Shown: positions 20,158 to 31,385, counted from the stretch's first letter. The stretch: 64,000 bases of DNA from Gammaproteobacteria bacterium (GCA_026709505.1 JAPOSW010000128.1:20261-84260); one strand, 5' to 3'. The notes: generated from the sequence alone by a model not told the origin. Numbers and translations: made by a program.

Positions 20158-20706
20158 TCAGATTTTGACGTTTGACACAAGATGTAGAAATGTTATCGGG
20201 GTTAGGATATCAATCAGCGTTTCAATCTCTCCGGCCTTGACGGTCTTGCTGGTGTTTCTTGCCCATTGCATGCCGATTTCGGTGTCGTTGCCATAGACGA
20301 CCTTGGGGATATCCCGGATTTTTTCAAGAGCGTTATGCAAGTCAAGAATCCCGATGGCTTTCGGAAACAATTCTGAATAACACGACCATATCCACCTGGT
20401 TCCATCTCTGATTGCCACCTGATGGCTGGCATTGTAGAACCCCCGCCGCATGGCTTCGCGCTTCATGCGCCGGGCAAAGCACGCCAGCTGGGTTCCCGGC
20501 ACCTGCACTTTCGATGGCCGCGGTGTGGGTGACCGAAGCAGCATCGATATTCGAGCCTCTACTTTCTCGTCAAGACGACCGCATGTCCAGGCCGTTGCCA
20601 CCCTCATTTTCCGGGTTTTCGAGGTGCCGTCGGGCTGCTTGCCCTTCACCCCTTCGGTCTCGGACCTGACCATCGGCACCCCAGTGCCGTCAATACCCAA
20701 ATACAT
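20158..20706 (-). mobile_element. Internal fragment of an ISKra4-like DDE transposase
   Basis: YLGIDGTGVPMVRSETEGVKGKQPDGTSKTRKMRV is the first-Asp region typical of ISKra4-type transposases. 182 aa, truncated at both ends. Abuts the IS1-like fragment. Confidence 0.55.
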
Positions 20707-20813
20707 GGTATTTGCCGGAGACGATTCCTGTTGGACCTAGCGGAACTCGTACTGTCTGATGTCCTCTCCCAGACGCTCGGAAGTCCGTTTCACCCGCATG
20801 GCGCCGACCCGCC

Positions 20814-22649
20814 CTAGTCCGGCGTTTCCGGCTGCAGCCTTGGATTCTGGTGCTCGAATGACTCCTCGTCAATATCGTCCAGCTCCAGAGTCTGCTCAAG
20901 CTGTTCCCGGGAATGCAAAGCGACCGAAATCAGTTCTTTTTCCTGATCACGGTTATCGACCTGTCGCATGAGTTTCTGAATGTCCCGTTCCACGTAAGCA
21001 TCAGCCATGTTGTCGATGTGTTCTTTCGAGAACCCGAGATGTTTCAGGATTCGCTTGCCCATCTCGACCGAGGAATAAAACGTGTCCCGGGTGACCTCCT
21101 TGACATTCATGCTGTGCAAGTCAATGGCATGGTCCCGGTCTTTGGCTCTCGCGATGATTCGCAGACCCGGGTATGCATCCTGAATCAGTTCGACAGCCTG
21201 ATTGGTCACTGCAGCATTGTTCATGGTCAGAATGATCATATCGGCCTGATCGGCGTTCACGGCCTTTAGCACATCATGCTTGAACAGGTCTCCATAGTAG
21301 GTTTTGTATCCAAATCGTCGAACTCGCTCAATGTGGTCAGGATCGTTTTCGATCACGACCGGCTCAATGCCATTGACATGCAGCATGCGACCGATAATCT
21401 GGCCGACTCGCCCGAAACCGACCAGGATCACTCGGCTCTCATGATCAATCTCGTCCATTTCCAGATTCAATTCCGTGTTCTTGCGATAACGGGGCTCGAT
21501 CAGCCTATCGTTCAATACCACAAGCAGTGGCGTCATCATCATTGTGAGAGTCACAATCAGAATCAGCTTGGAAGACAAGTCGGGTTCCAGTGCACCTGAA
21601 GCCGCCGCAAATGCAAACAGTACAAAGGCGAATTCTCCGCCTTGCGAAAACAGGAATGAAAACAAGGGGCGTTCGCTGACATCCAGCTTTGTCAAGATCG
21701 CAAGTCCGTAAAGGACAGCTGCCTTGATGATCAATATCCCGAATGCGGCAGTTGCGATCGATAGCGGATTATCGAACAGCAGACCGAAATTCATGTTCAT
21801 TCCGACCGATATGAAAAACAACCCGAGCAGCAGTCCCTTGAATGGTTGAATATCGGACTTGAGTGCATGCCGGTACTCGGAGTCGGCCAGAATGACGCCG
21901 GCCAGAAATGCCCCCAATGCCAGTGAAAGCCCCAGTTCATGCATGATTGTGGAGAGACCCAGTATCAGAAGGAGCGACAATGCGGTGAATATTTCGGGCA
22001 AACGTGTCGAGGCTACGAACCTGAAGATATGGGACAAGGCGTAGCGGCTGACCAGAAATATGCCGATTGAAGCCGCAATCAGGGTCAGGCCGAGCATGGT
22101 GGGGTCGGTAACTTCCTGCGATTCAGCCTGACTGTCCGACAGGAAGGGAATTAATGCCAGGACCGGGACCACCAGCAAATCCTGAAACAGCAGGACGGGA
22201 AACCCGGTTTGTCCGATTGGGCGCTTGAGAAGATTTCTTTCATTGATAATCTGCAGTGACATCGCTGTCGATGACAATGCCAGGGCTAGGCCGATGATCA
22301 CGGCAGCTTGCCAGCGGAGCCCCAGCAGCATGACGACTCCGCCTATCAACAGGGTGCTGAGCCCCATCTGAAAACCGCCAAAGTAGGCGATAGGCTTTCT
22401 CATCGCCAGCAGTCTTCGAGGTTCGAGTTCTAGGCCGATGATGAACAGCAGCAGCATGATGCCAAGCTCGGAAAGTTCGAGGACGTCTTGGACATTGTCG
22501 ATGAATCCGAAGCCCCAGGGACCAATCAACATGCCGGCAAAAAGATAGCCGAGCACGGATCCGAGACCGAGTCGGGCGAATATAGAAACCAGAACAACGG
22601 CCGAACCGAGGTAGATGAGGACATTGAGTATGAGGCCGCCAGTATCCAT
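20814..22649 (-). CDS. Glutathione-regulated K+-efflux type monovalent cation:proton antiporter (CPA2, KefB/KefC-like) with KTN/TrkA-N domain
   Basis: 611 aa. Multi-TM N-terminal domain followed by the Rossmann motif RVILVGFGRVGQ. Confidence 0.85.
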   Translation of the reverse strand: MDTGGLILNVLIYLGSAVVLVSIFARLGLGSVLGYLFAGMLIGPWGFGFIDNVQDVLELSELGIMLLLFIIGLELEPRRLLAMRKPIAYFGGFQMGLSTLLIGGVVMLLGLRWQAAVIIGLALALSSTAMSLQIINERNLLKRPIGQTGFPVLLFQDLLVVPVLALIPFLSDSQAESQEVTDPTMLGLTLIAASIGIFLVSRYALSHIFRFVASTRLPEIFTALSLLLILGLSTIMHELGLSLALGAFLAGVILADSEYRHALKSDIQPFKGLLLGLFFISVGMNMNFGLLFDNPLSIATAAFGILIIKAAVLYGLAILTKLDVSERPLFSFLFSQGGEFAFVLFAFAAASGALEPDLSSKLILIVTLTMMMTPLLVVLNDRLIEPRYRKNTELNLEMDEIDHESRVILVGFGRVGQIIGRMLHVNGIEPVVIENDPDHIERVRRFGYKTYYGDLFKHDVLKAVNADQADMIILTMNNAAVTNQAVELIQDAYPGLRIIARAKDRDHAIDLHSMNVKEVTRDTFYSSVEMGKRILKHLGFSKEHIDNMADAYVERDIQKLMRQVDNRDQEKELISVALHSREQLEQTLELDDIDEESFEHQNPRLQPETPD

Positions 22650-22777
22650 TTTCGAAGATGCCGTCCTGGACTGAAAGATAAAAAAGCTCTAAAGTTGCTT
22701 CGATGCAGCCATATTATAGAGCCGAATCGTTCAACTTGCAGAATGATAGTTCCTGTGCCATGCTATGAGCCTGTACT

Positions 22778-23338
22778 ATGAAAATCATGAGTCCTCGCAT
22801 GCGATTGATTGTTAAAGCCGTTTTCTTGAGCCTATTCCTCTCGACAGGGTCACCGGCAGATCAGAATGACCCTCAGCTAGATGGCTTGTTTGACCGCTTG
22901 CAGACGACTCAGGATGCCAATGAGGCCCAGGTCATCATCCAGAAAATCTGGTTCATCTGGTATCAGCATGAAAATCAGGAGATTGAATATCTCATGGAGC
23001 AAGGCGAGGTCAGCATGCGGCATGCCGATTATGAGGAGGCCATCAGCATCTACACTCGTGTAATCGCAATTGATCCTGATTTTGCCGAAGGCTGGAACCG
23101 GCGGGCAACAATTTACTACTTGATGGGCAAGTACGACCTCTCTACCCAGGATGTCGAGAAAACCCTGGCGCTGGAGCCCCGCCATTTTGGTGCCTTGTCG
23201 GGACAGGGGCTGATTTACCTGAGACAGGAAAAGCCAGCACGGGCAGTTGAATATTTCAGGCAGGCGCTGGAGATGAATCCGCACATGTCGAACATCCGGC
23301 AGAATCTGGAAGCTTTGGAAGAGGATGACGTTGTCTGA
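22778..23338 (+). CDS. Secreted tetratricopeptide-repeat protein
   Basis: Signal peptide (LIVKAVFLSLFLSTGSPA) and TPR units (YEEAISIYTRVIAIDPDFAEGWNRRA; ARAVEYFRQALEMNP). Confidence 0.7.
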   Translation: MKIMSPRMRLIVKAVFLSLFLSTGSPADQNDPQLDGLFDRLQTTQDANEAQVIIQKIWFIWYQHENQEIEYLMEQGEVSMRHADYEEAISIYTRVIAIDPDFAEGWNRRATIYYLMGKYDLSTQDVEKTLALEPRHFGALSGQGLIYLRQEKPARAVEYFRQALEMNPHMSNIRQNLEALEEDDVV

Positions 23339-23431
23339 TTCTGGCTGAGCAAGCAAGAATCATTCAAAAAACCTACCAACAGTCTGGAGTTGAGTACATG
23401 GGTGGTCCTGAGAACGCACCACGAGTGATTC

Positions 23432-23653
23432 ATGCGTTTGATTGGAAATCGCCATCAAGCTGAGAAGGGCGATATCCGACAGAAATTCATGGATGAGCAT
23501 ACCAGCAGAAACAAGCGGTCGCATCCATCTGATCAACAGCCGGACATGAAACTGAAACCGGCTGAAACGATCGCTATTGTTCAACTGATTTTGGATTCCG
23601 GGTTGCTCCGTTCCGAACTGGCCGCGCTAGCCTGGGGCGATATTGAGGTTTAG
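23432..23653 (+). pseudogene. Tyrosine-recombinase (phage integrase) remnant
   Basis: Ends ...LDSGLLRSELAALAWGDIEV*, the box-I Arg region (R-x-x-E-L-x-x-L-x-W-x-D-I) of integrases. A stop follows, and no catalytic C-terminal domain is present in any frame that I could read. Confidence 0.4.
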
Positions 23654-24489
23654 CCCAACCAGACTGGGGAAGTCGCAAGCATAGCCATCACCGCATGGGC
23701 TGTCCACGGTCTGGACCGGGTAGCCTGCCTTCGGGGGTCTCCTGCAATGCCGGCGATTTTCAAATTGAGACACTGCCGAATTTTCGGTTTCAGCATTAAA
23801 GTCAATCTGGAACATCCAGTTCTGATGTGCTGTCATTTGACGTACATGGATAGGTGTTTTTCGGCTTATGCCGAAATTTCAGCGCGAACGACATGACCCT
23901 TGTCAAGGGTGAGGAATTGCCATTTTGGATACATGTGTATAGGCTTGGTATCGTTAGGCTGAAACCCGAATGAGTGCTGCAGTTGCACAAGCCTGATCGG
24001 ATAGGGCAGCTGTACATGTCGAATATGTATTTCCAGTCTTCAGAGTCATCAACTCTCTAAAGCTGATGACCATCGCCCTGTCTGGCATGTCTGTTCCGAT
24101 CATGGTGCTTGGCCCAGTCTCCATGAAGTTTCCGGTCGGTCAAGGAGATGCCTCTTTACCCTACGCCTTTTAACATGATCGGCTTTGGTGCTGGCAATGT
24201 ACTGCTTGACAGAATAATGAACAGACAGGGGCTGTTGCCATTGTGATTTCCGCGAGTCATCTTGCTGGTGCAATCTGGCCGCTGATTTTACAGGGCTGGA
24301 TTGATGCACAGGGATCGCGGAAATCCCTAAGGCAGCTGTGTCAGTATTGTGTGCACTGACCCATGCCCATATTATTTCTGGCCTGCCTCCGCAAGCCCGT
24401 GTTGACTGAATCACCGCCTCGAGCTTCTTATGTACGAGAAATTCAGCGTTGTGGAACCAGCCAAATCTGGATCCCGGAAAGAATTCCGG

Positions 24490-25101
24490 TCAGTCGTTGC
24501 CGGGTGGCTTGCGAGCAAAAACGAAACTCATTCTCTCATCCGAAACCAGTCCTCCTCGCTTGGTATCGGAAGCATGTATGTCAAGTCCGGAAAATATCTC
24601 GTCCAATTCTCCTGGCTCGACCGTATACTCGGGGTTGAATCCCGGATTGGTCATCAGAAATCGGCTGTTGAAGGTCTTGTAGAACAGCCATCCACCCGGA
24701 CGAATCCAGCTCGGCAGAATCGGCAGCAGTTTTCGATTGAGATAGCGAACCACGACCAGTAAATCAAACTGGCCTTCACTGAACCGGTAGGTCTCAAGGT
24801 CACAGACCATGCAGGAGACATTGAGGCCATGATCCCGTGCGAACCTTGAACACCCTGAAAGAGCAGCCTCGGCGCCGTCACAGGCAATAACCCGATAACC
24901 AAGTTCGGCAAGGAACAGGGCAGTTCGACCGCGACCAGCCGCCATATCAAGAGCCAGGCCCTCATTATCCAGCAGATCAGCAAGCGCCATTAATTCGGGT
25001 TCCCCTTTGGGCTCGATCTTCCTTGACTGACCCTTCTGGTATTTGAGATTCCAGCGAGCAATGTCCGAATTGGCTGCCGATTGTGCAGTCATTTCACTCA
25101 T
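24490..25101 (-). CDS. Class I SAM-dependent methyltransferase
   Basis: Motif I LALDMAAGRGRTALFLAELGYRVIACD and post-I/II motifs (FDLLVVVRYL, GGWLFY). Confidence 0.75.
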   Translation of the reverse strand: MSEMTAQSAANSDIARWNLKYQKGQSRKIEPKGEPELMALADLLDNEGLALDMAAGRGRTALFLAELGYRVIACDGAEAALSGCSRFARDHGLNVSCMVCDLETYRFSEGQFDLLVVVRYLNRKLLPILPSWIRPGGWLFYKTFNSRFLMTNPGFNPEYTVEPGELDEIFSGLDIHASDTKRGGLVSDERMSFVFARKPPGND

Positions 25102-25141
25102 CCATTTGAAGGGGCAGGCCCGGAATCAGGGATTGTGACGT

Positions 25142-26416
25142 TCACATACCGTTCGGAAAAGGTTGGACCTGAACCCAATCTCCGGCTTTCGCTCCATCTG
25201 AATCATCCGGAAGAATGATAAAGCAGTTTGCCTGACTCATGGAGCTCAATATCCCTGATCCTTGCTCTCCGGTTGATGAGACGATTGCTTCACCGGAAGC
25301 ATCAACAGATATTATGCCCCGTTGATATTCCATCCTGCCAGGTCTTTTTTTCAGGTCTGAAACGGTTTTCATCGATAGTCGCGGCTCCAGAAATTCTGCT
25401 TCTCCAGCTAGTTTCGAAATGGCTGGCTTGACAAAAATCTGGAAAGTCACCATCACTGATACTGGATTGCCCGGCAACCCGAAAAACAGGGATTCACCCA
25501 ATTTCCCGAAAGAGAGAGGACGTCCCGGCTTGACTGCAACTTTCCAGAATGCCACTTGACCGAGCCGGCCTAGTATGTCTCGAATATAATCCGCTTCGCC
25601 AACCGATGCTCCGGCTGTCGAGATAATGAGATCAGCCTCGTGCGTAGCCTCTGTTATGACCTTTGCAATCATATCCGGATCATCCCGGACCACCCCCAAA
25701 TCGACAGGCTCCACACAGAGGCCATTCAGCATTGAAGATAATGTATATCGATTCGAGTCATAGACCTCGCCCAATGCAAGCGGCATCCCGACTGCCCGAA
25801 GTTCATCACCATTTGAAAAGTAGGCGACTCGCGGCTTCTGAACCACCCTGACCTGCGGCAGGCCCAGTGAAGCCAGCACTCCCAGTTGCGATGCTCCGAT
25901 TCGGGTGCCTTTCCCGACCACAACATCGCCCGAGCGGATATCTTCGCCCGCATGTCTGACATTGGCTCCGGGCTTTTCTCCAGCACTGACCGTGACTTGA
26001 CCGGAATCGACTTGCACGCGCTCTTGCATGACTACCGAATCGGTGCCTTCTGGCATGACTGCACCGGTCATAATCCGAACGCATTCATCGGCATTCACCT
26101 GGCCATGGTATGGTGAGCCAGCCAAGGCAGTTCCCGCAACCCGGAATTGCCTGTCACCGGAGACTGGCAGACCGGATCCGCAAAACGCGTAGCCATCCAT
26201 TGCCGAATTGGTGTGATTCGGCACATCGACAGGACTGACAACATCATCCCCAACGACACGGCCCAGGGCCGACTTGAGTGCAACGGTCTCACACCCTTTT
26301 ATTGGTTCGATGGCTTGCATAATGCGCGCCATGGCCTCGGCCACGGTAATTGAAACAGTATCGACATCACAGGAAAAGACGTCTGGCTTGTCGTTCATGG
26401 CGTCAATGGCCGGCAC
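25142..26416 (-). CDS. moeA: Molybdopterin molybdotransferase
   Basis: SAMDGYAF and [14 protein letters not shown], with the MoeA domain order throughout. GTG 26416 or ATG 26398 as start. Confidence 0.85.
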   Translation of the reverse strand: MPAIDAMNDKPDVFSCDVDTVSITVAEAMARIMQAIEPIKGCETVALKSALGRVVGDDVVSPVDVPNHTNSAMDGYAFCGSGLPVSGDRQFRVAGTALAGSPYHGQVNADECVRIMTGAVMPEGTDSVVMQERVQVDSGQVTVSAGEKPGANVRHAGEDIRSGDVVVGKGTRIGASQLGVLASLGLPQVRVVQKPRVAYFSNGDELRAVGMPLALGEVYDSNRYTLSSMLNGLCVEPVDLGVVRDDPDMIAKVITEATHEADLIISTAGASVGEADYIRDILGRLGQVAFWKVAVKPGRPLSFGKLGESLFFGLPGNPVSVMVTFQIFVKPAISKLAGEAEFLEPRLSMKTVSDLKKRPGRMEYQRGIISVDASGEAIVSSTGEQGSGILSSMSQANCFIILPDDSDGAKAGDWVQVQPFPNGM

Positions 26417-26897
26417 TGTTGCGGTTCCATTCTCCAGATTTGCCGCCTGCCTTGCGTATCAGCCTTACGCCGCTAATCTCCATACCACGGTCTGATGACT
26501 TGCACATGTCATACACTGTCAGCAGAGCAACCTGAACGGCAACCAAGGCCTCCATTTCTACCCCCGTCCTTTCAGTAGTTCGAGCGGTGCCCCGACAGTT
26601 GACGGATTGACGACTTTCATCCAGATCCAGCAAAATATCGACATTGGTCAACATTAGGGGATGGCACAGAGGAATCAATTCGGAAGTTTTCTTGGCGGCC
26701 ATGATGCCTGCGATACGAGCTACAGCAAGCACATCGCCCTTTTTGGTTTTGGCGGATTTGATCAGTTCGAGTGTTTCGGCGGACATCTTTATCCAGCCTT
26801 CAGCAATCGCGATGCGTTCTGTCTCTTTCTTTCCTCCAACATCAACCATGTGAACTTCACCGTCTTTGGTCAAATGCGTCAAGTTTTTCTCGATCAT
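26403..26897 (-). CDS. moaC: Cyclic pyranopterin monophosphate synthase
   Basis: [18 protein letters not shown]...[28 protein letters not shown]. Start ATG 26897 gives the usual length of about 165 aa (ORF extends to 27062). Confidence 0.85.
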   Translation of the reverse strand: MIEKNLTHLTKDGEVHMVDVGGKKETERIAIAEGWIKMSAETLELIKSAKTKKGDVLAVARIAGIMAAKKTSELIPLCHPLMLTNVDILLDLDESRQSVNCRGTARTTERTGVEMEALVAVQVALLTVYDMCKSSDRGMEISGVRLIRKAGGKSGEWNRNSAGH

Positions 26898-27540
26898 TGC
26901 TTTTTCCGAAAAATCTTTGAGTCTGTCTACCTGAATCTCGAAGCAGCTGAGTCTGGCCTTTCCAGAATACTGAAAAAGACCCGCTGTGTCATTTTTACCG
27001 GCGGTTTTCGGTTTTGTCCAAGAAGGCCGAATTGGCAAGATTGTATCAGTAGTTGCAAGCATGGGGTAGTCGCGATTTGGAGCGTTGTTGATTGATCGCT
27101 ATGTTGTCGTGACGAATCGTTCCAGTCTTTCACCATGCATGACAATTTCTGCGGAGTCTTTTATCGTTCCTGAAGGGCAATGCCGGGCTAAACGCCAAAG
27201 CCGGCTATTGCGAACTCGCCTTTATTCAATGCGATCGACCTCTCTGAATGCTTGAAACAGCCACTCGATAAACCGTATTTCATTCCGTCATGTTCGATAA
27301 TGCATTGCTGCATGCGGGACCGCTCCGTATTTCAAGCGTTCATATCGCCATCAAGTGAACCCGGATTTACGGTTACACTTGGCATGTGCACTCTGCCACA
27401 CCAGTTAACCGATCGCCAGAACCACTCCCTGGTCTTCTGGATTTTCCAATTCATGAATAGCAAGTGGTACATTGATTCGCTGGCAAACCCACAAACTTGC
27501 ATGACCCGGCCTCTGCCAAAACAACCCCCCATTTACCGTC

Positions 27541-28533
27541 ATGAAAATCCCTCTTTTTGAACGATCCAGAGAGGATCGGCCAATTCTGGCATTAGGACTG
27601 GTGCTAATCGGAGTACTCACTCTGGGCTTTCAGGATTCGCTAATCAAACTGATGTCCTCCGATTCGTCATTCTGGCAAATCCAGACATTGCGTTCCATAG
27701 GCAATATCATCTTCACGGTGATTCTTGCAGCGGTTGGCGGCGGACTTTCCCTCCTGATTCCCCAAAACTCGAAAGCTGTCTGCCTCCGGTCTTTTCTCTT
27801 GATTTGCACGATGTTTTGCTTCTTTGCCGGAGCACCTTTCCTGTCCCTGTCCCAAATGGGTGCGGGACTTTACACCTATCCACTGTTTGTGACCCTGCTT
27901 GCCGGCCCTTTGCTGGGCGAAAAAATCGGCATATGGCGCCTCGGTTCCCTGGGTGCTGGACTGTTGGGTGCATTGCTCGTCTTCGAGCCCTGGCATGATG
28001 ACTTCTCGCCCGTCCAGATTCTTCCAATTGCGGCTGGCCTCTTCTATGCCGCAAACATCATTACCATCCGGCATGCCTGTCGGTACGAAAGCCCATTAAC
28101 CCTGGCTTTTTTTGTCGCAGTCGGCTTTACCATCTCCGGGCTTGCCGGCATTGCATTGCTGAGCTTGTTTCCGCTTCCTCTATCGGTTCAAGCAGCCATG
28201 CCATTTGTTGCTATAGGATGGCCGGGGCTGACAGTCGGTATTTTGGCTCTGATAATTCTTGCATCAATCCTTAACCTCACCGGGAATATTTGCCTGGGAC
28301 GGGCTTACCAAACCGCGGAAAGCAGCTGGCTGGCGCCAGTGGATTTCAGCTACCTGATTTTTGCCGCGCTCTGGAGCAAGATCATCTTCGGTGAGTGGCC
28401 CAGTGGACTTGATATAGTCGGGATGGCGTTGATTGCCGCAGCCGGAGCAATCACCGCATGGCGTGAAAATGTCAAGGGCATATCGGCGCCTAAAAGGGCA
28501 AAAGTTCGCTCCCGAAACTCACGGCCTCTCTGA
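27541..28533 (+). CDS. DMT-superfamily (EamA-like) transporter
   Basis: 330 aa, about 10 TM segments in two repeated halves. Confidence 0.75.
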   Translation: MKIPLFERSREDRPILALGLVLIGVLTLGFQDSLIKLMSSDSSFWQIQTLRSIGNIIFTVILAAVGGGLSLLIPQNSKAVCLRSFLLICTMFCFFAGAPFLSLSQMGAGLYTYPLFVTLLAGPLLGEKIGIWRLGSLGAGLLGALLVFEPWHDDFSPVQILPIAAGLFYAANIITIRHACRYESPLTLAFFVAVGFTISGLAGIALLSLFPLPLSVQAAMPFVAIGWPGLTVGILALIILASILNLTGNICLGRAYQTAESSWLAPVDFSYLIFAALWSKIIFGEWPSGLDIVGMALIAAAGAITAWRENVKGISAPKRAKVRSRNSRPL

Positions 28534-28610
28534 AAGACCGGGCCCGTCTGTCAAACGGCCGCTGCTCGGCATCCGCTTGGTGGAAGATACATCTCTCTCA
28601 CCAGCACTAT

Positions 28611-29522
28611 TTAATTCCAGACATCGGTGCTCAAGTACCGCTCTCCTGTATCCGCCAGAATCGCCAGTAGGTTCCTGTCCCGATATTTTCCGGAACGAGC
28701 CAGTTCCAGCATTCCCCAGGTCGCTGCCCCACAGGAGATGCCAGCAAAGATCCCCTCCTGCTCCGCGAGGTCGCGGGTGGTCCCATAAGCCTGCCCAGTG
28801 GTGACCGGAATGATCCGATCAAACGATTTCATATCGAGCGTATCAGGTATAAAGCCGGGCGCAGTTCCCATGATCTTGTGCTTGCAGGCTATGCCCTGGC
28901 TGAGTATCGGTGAATCAGCCGGCTCCGTGGCCACGATTTCAAGATCAGGATTGCCGGGCCGCAAGTATCTGGACAAGCCGCTAATCGTCCCTCCGGTTCC
29001 AGTGGTCAGTATCACGGCCGCCAGATCAGAACCGAAATCCTTCTGGATCTCGCTGGCTGTCTGTTCGTGTGATTCAGGATTGGACGGGTTGTAGTGCTGC
29101 CCCACAAAAAAATAGCCCTTCTCCTTCTCAAGCCGCCTTGCTTCTTCAATGGCGCCCACCGTACCCTTCTCGGCAGGAGTGAGAATGACTTCTCCTCCGT
29201 AGATCTTGAGAATCAGCCTACGCTCCTCGCTCATGTCCTCGGACATCACGAATATGGATTGGTAGCCCTTGACCGCTGCTACCATAGCCAGGCCAATGCC
29301 GGTATTTCCGGAGGTGGGTTCGATAATCGTGTCTCCGGGCTTCAGGCGGCCATCGGCTTCGGCATCTTCAATCATGCGAAGTGCCGGGCGATCCTTGACC
29401 GATCCTCCGGGATTGAAGCGCTCCAGCTTGACCCATAGATTGGCACCGGTATCATGTCCGAGTTCGTTCAGTCTCACGACAGGAGTCTCGCCGATGCATT
29501 CAAGTATATTCTCGTATCTCAT
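28611..29522 (-). CDS. Cysteine synthase family PLP enzyme (CysK/CysM/CBS-like)
   Basis: PLP-Lys motif NPGGSVKDRPA, with TSGNTGIGLA and GTGGTISG. Confidence 0.8.
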   Translation of the reverse strand: MRYENILECIGETPVVRLNELGHDTGANLWVKLERFNPGGSVKDRPALRMIEDAEADGRLKPGDTIIEPTSGNTGIGLAMVAAVKGYQSIFVMSEDMSEERRLILKIYGGEVILTPAEKGTVGAIEEARRLEKEKGYFFVGQHYNPSNPESHEQTASEIQKDFGSDLAAVILTTGTGGTISGLSRYLRPGNPDLEIVATEPADSPILSQGIACKHKIMGTAPGFIPDTLDMKSFDRIIPVTTGQAYGTTRDLAEQEGIFAGISCGAATWGMLELARSGKYRDRNLLAILADTGERYLSTDVWN

Positions 29523-29652
29523 GCTGCGTTGTCTGATTCCGCATCAGCCACAAAATTACGCTTCCGCGATTCATGAGGCCTAAACGGTTTGGCTATAACT
29601 ATGTGCCTGAAGTTTACGCTATCACTGCCGGTTTCAGGCTGCCGTAAAGCAG

Positions 29653-30591
29653 TCAATCAATTGGATCGCAACGCTTCCGGCTTTGCAAATACCCAACGAT
29701 CAATGCATCACGCCTTTGACTTAACTCTTGAGTGGTATCGCCCCTGGCTTCCCGGGCAACCCCGTCATACAGCATTTTGGCCAAATCTTCCGTCAACTCG
29801 ACCTCGCCAAGATCGTCCCACCATCTTCTGAAACTGTCTGCATACCGCTTGCAAAACTCATTGAGACCACCGGGACCAGCACCAAGATGAAACAGCATGT
29901 GTGGACCCATTGCCGCCCATCTGAGTCCGGGGCCTGCCCAGACCGCCTTGTCGACATCCTCAACCGAGGCTACCCCGTTTTCGACCAGGCTGATTGCCTC
30001 ACGCCACAGCGCGGCCTGAAGCCTGTTGGCAACATGAGCGGGAACTTCCTTGTTGACTCGAATCGTGATCTTGCCAACTCGTTCATAGAACTGTTCAGCG
30101 ATCTCCAGAACACCCTCTGCGGTTTTCGAATTGACCAGCAGTTCCACCAGAGGAATCAGGTGCGGTGGATTAAAGGGATGCCCGAGAAGAAACCGGGAAG
30201 GATTTTGCCATCCACGCTGCATCTCGCTCAGCATCAATCCTGAAGCTGAAGAGGCAACGACCGCGTCCTGCCCAAGGCGAGCTTCAATGTCCCTGAACAG
30301 GCTGAATTTCAGCTCAAGCCGTTCCGGCACGCACTCCTGAATAAACTGTGCATTTTCAACCGCCAGACCGGCGCTGGCATGGACATGCAAGGCATCAGGG
30401 CTGCCATGCTTGGTCATTCCAAGTGCTTCAAGGGTCGGCCAGCACGCCTCGACATAATCCTTCAAGCACCGTTCGCTCTCCGGTGCAGGATCATGGACAT
30501 GGACGCGCAACCCGGCCGACAAGAATAACGCGGTCCAGCTTGAACCGATGACTCCGGTGCCCAATACCGCAACTTCCTCAATCTCAGACAT
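29653..30591 (-). CDS. 3-hydroxyacyl-CoA-dehydrogenase-fold enzyme, L-carnitine dehydrogenase-like
   Basis: VAVLGTGVIGSSWTALFLSAGLRVHVHDPAPESE....ACWPTLEALGM mirrors the GxGVIGxxW...DPAP...WP.L signature I recall for LcdH/CdhA. Confidence 0.7.
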   Translation of the reverse strand: MSEIEEVAVLGTGVIGSSWTALFLSAGLRVHVHDPAPESERCLKDYVEACWPTLEALGMTKHGSPDALHVHASAGLAVENAQFIQECVPERLELKFSLFRDIEARLGQDAVVASSASGLMLSEMQRGWQNPSRFLLGHPFNPPHLIPLVELLVNSKTAEGVLEIAEQFYERVGKITIRVNKEVPAHVANRLQAALWREAISLVENGVASVEDVDKAVWAGPGLRWAAMGPHMLFHLGAGPGGLNEFCKRYADSFRRWWDDLGEVELTEDLAKMLYDGVAREARGDTTQELSQRRDALIVGYLQSRKRCDPID

Positions 30592-30611
30592 ATCTCCGAG
30601 CTCCGCTTGAC

Positions 30612-31385
30612 CTACTCGAGATCCAGATTAAGCGGCGATGTGGCGGTCAATCCACCATCCAGCGCATAGCACTGGCCGGTTGCAAAGGATGCGGCATCCG
30701 AAGCAAGCCAGGTTGCCAGCTCCGCTATATCCGAGGGACTTCCGAATCTTCCAGCCGGATGTCTCGACAAAGCGTCCTGCCTTGCCCTTTCGGGATCTTT
30801 TGCAGCTGAGAATGCGGCATCGGCCATCTCAGTCATAATCCATCCGGGCGCGATGGCATTGCATCGAATTCCGGGACCATGATCAACGGCAATTGACCGC
30901 GTCAGGCCGTGCACAAATGCTTTCGATGCGTTATAAATCGCCAGACCGGGGTCGGCAGCCTTTCCTGATATCGATCCCATATTGATAATCACGCCCCCAT
31001 CATGCATTAGCGGGATCAGCTCCCTGGAGCATGCGAACACTCCAAAAGCGTTAACTCCCATCAGCGTTTGCCAGTCTTGGTCGGTGGTTTCAAGAATGGT
31101 TTTTTCAATCTGCACGCCGGCGTTGTTCACCAGAATTGACAGCCTGCCGAATAACTGCTCTACCGTGCTTCGCAATCGCTGCACGTCTTCCATTCGCGAG
31201 ACATCGGCTCTCAGCCAATGTGCTTCAACAGGATAGCCATCCGGCCTATTGCTTCGACCACAGCAAACAACCGAAGCACCTGCCCGTATGTATTGCTCGG
31301 CAATCGCCCGACCGATACCTCGACCGCCGCCGGTGATTACTGCGGATTTTCCAGCAAGGACCCCGCTTGACTGACAGTCTGGCAT
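30612..31385 (-). CDS. Short-chain dehydrogenase/reductase (SDR)
   Basis: TGGGRGIGRAIA, NNAG and YNASKAFV (YxxxK). Confidence 0.85.
   Translation of the reverse strand: MPDCQSSGVLAGKSAVITGGGRGIGRAIAEQYIRAGASVVCCGRSNRPDGYPVEAHWLRADVSRMEDVQRLRSTVEQLFGRLSILVNNAGVQIEKTILETTDQDWQTLMGVNAFGVFACSRELIPLMHDGGVIINMGSISGKAADPGLAIYNASKAFVHGLTRSIAVDHGPGIRCNAIAPGWIMTEMADAAFSAAKDPERARQDALSRHPAGRFGSPSDIAELATWLASDAASFATGQCYALDGGLTATSPLNLDLE

Noticed and set aside
26898-27540. Moco riboswitch, or an extra gene, in the 640-nt region upstream of moaC
   Set aside because: Only short ORFs without motifs are present. I could not recognise the conserved Moco-motif helices by eye, so this is left unannotated. The 219-aa extended moaC ORF was rejected in favour of the canonical-length start at 26897.
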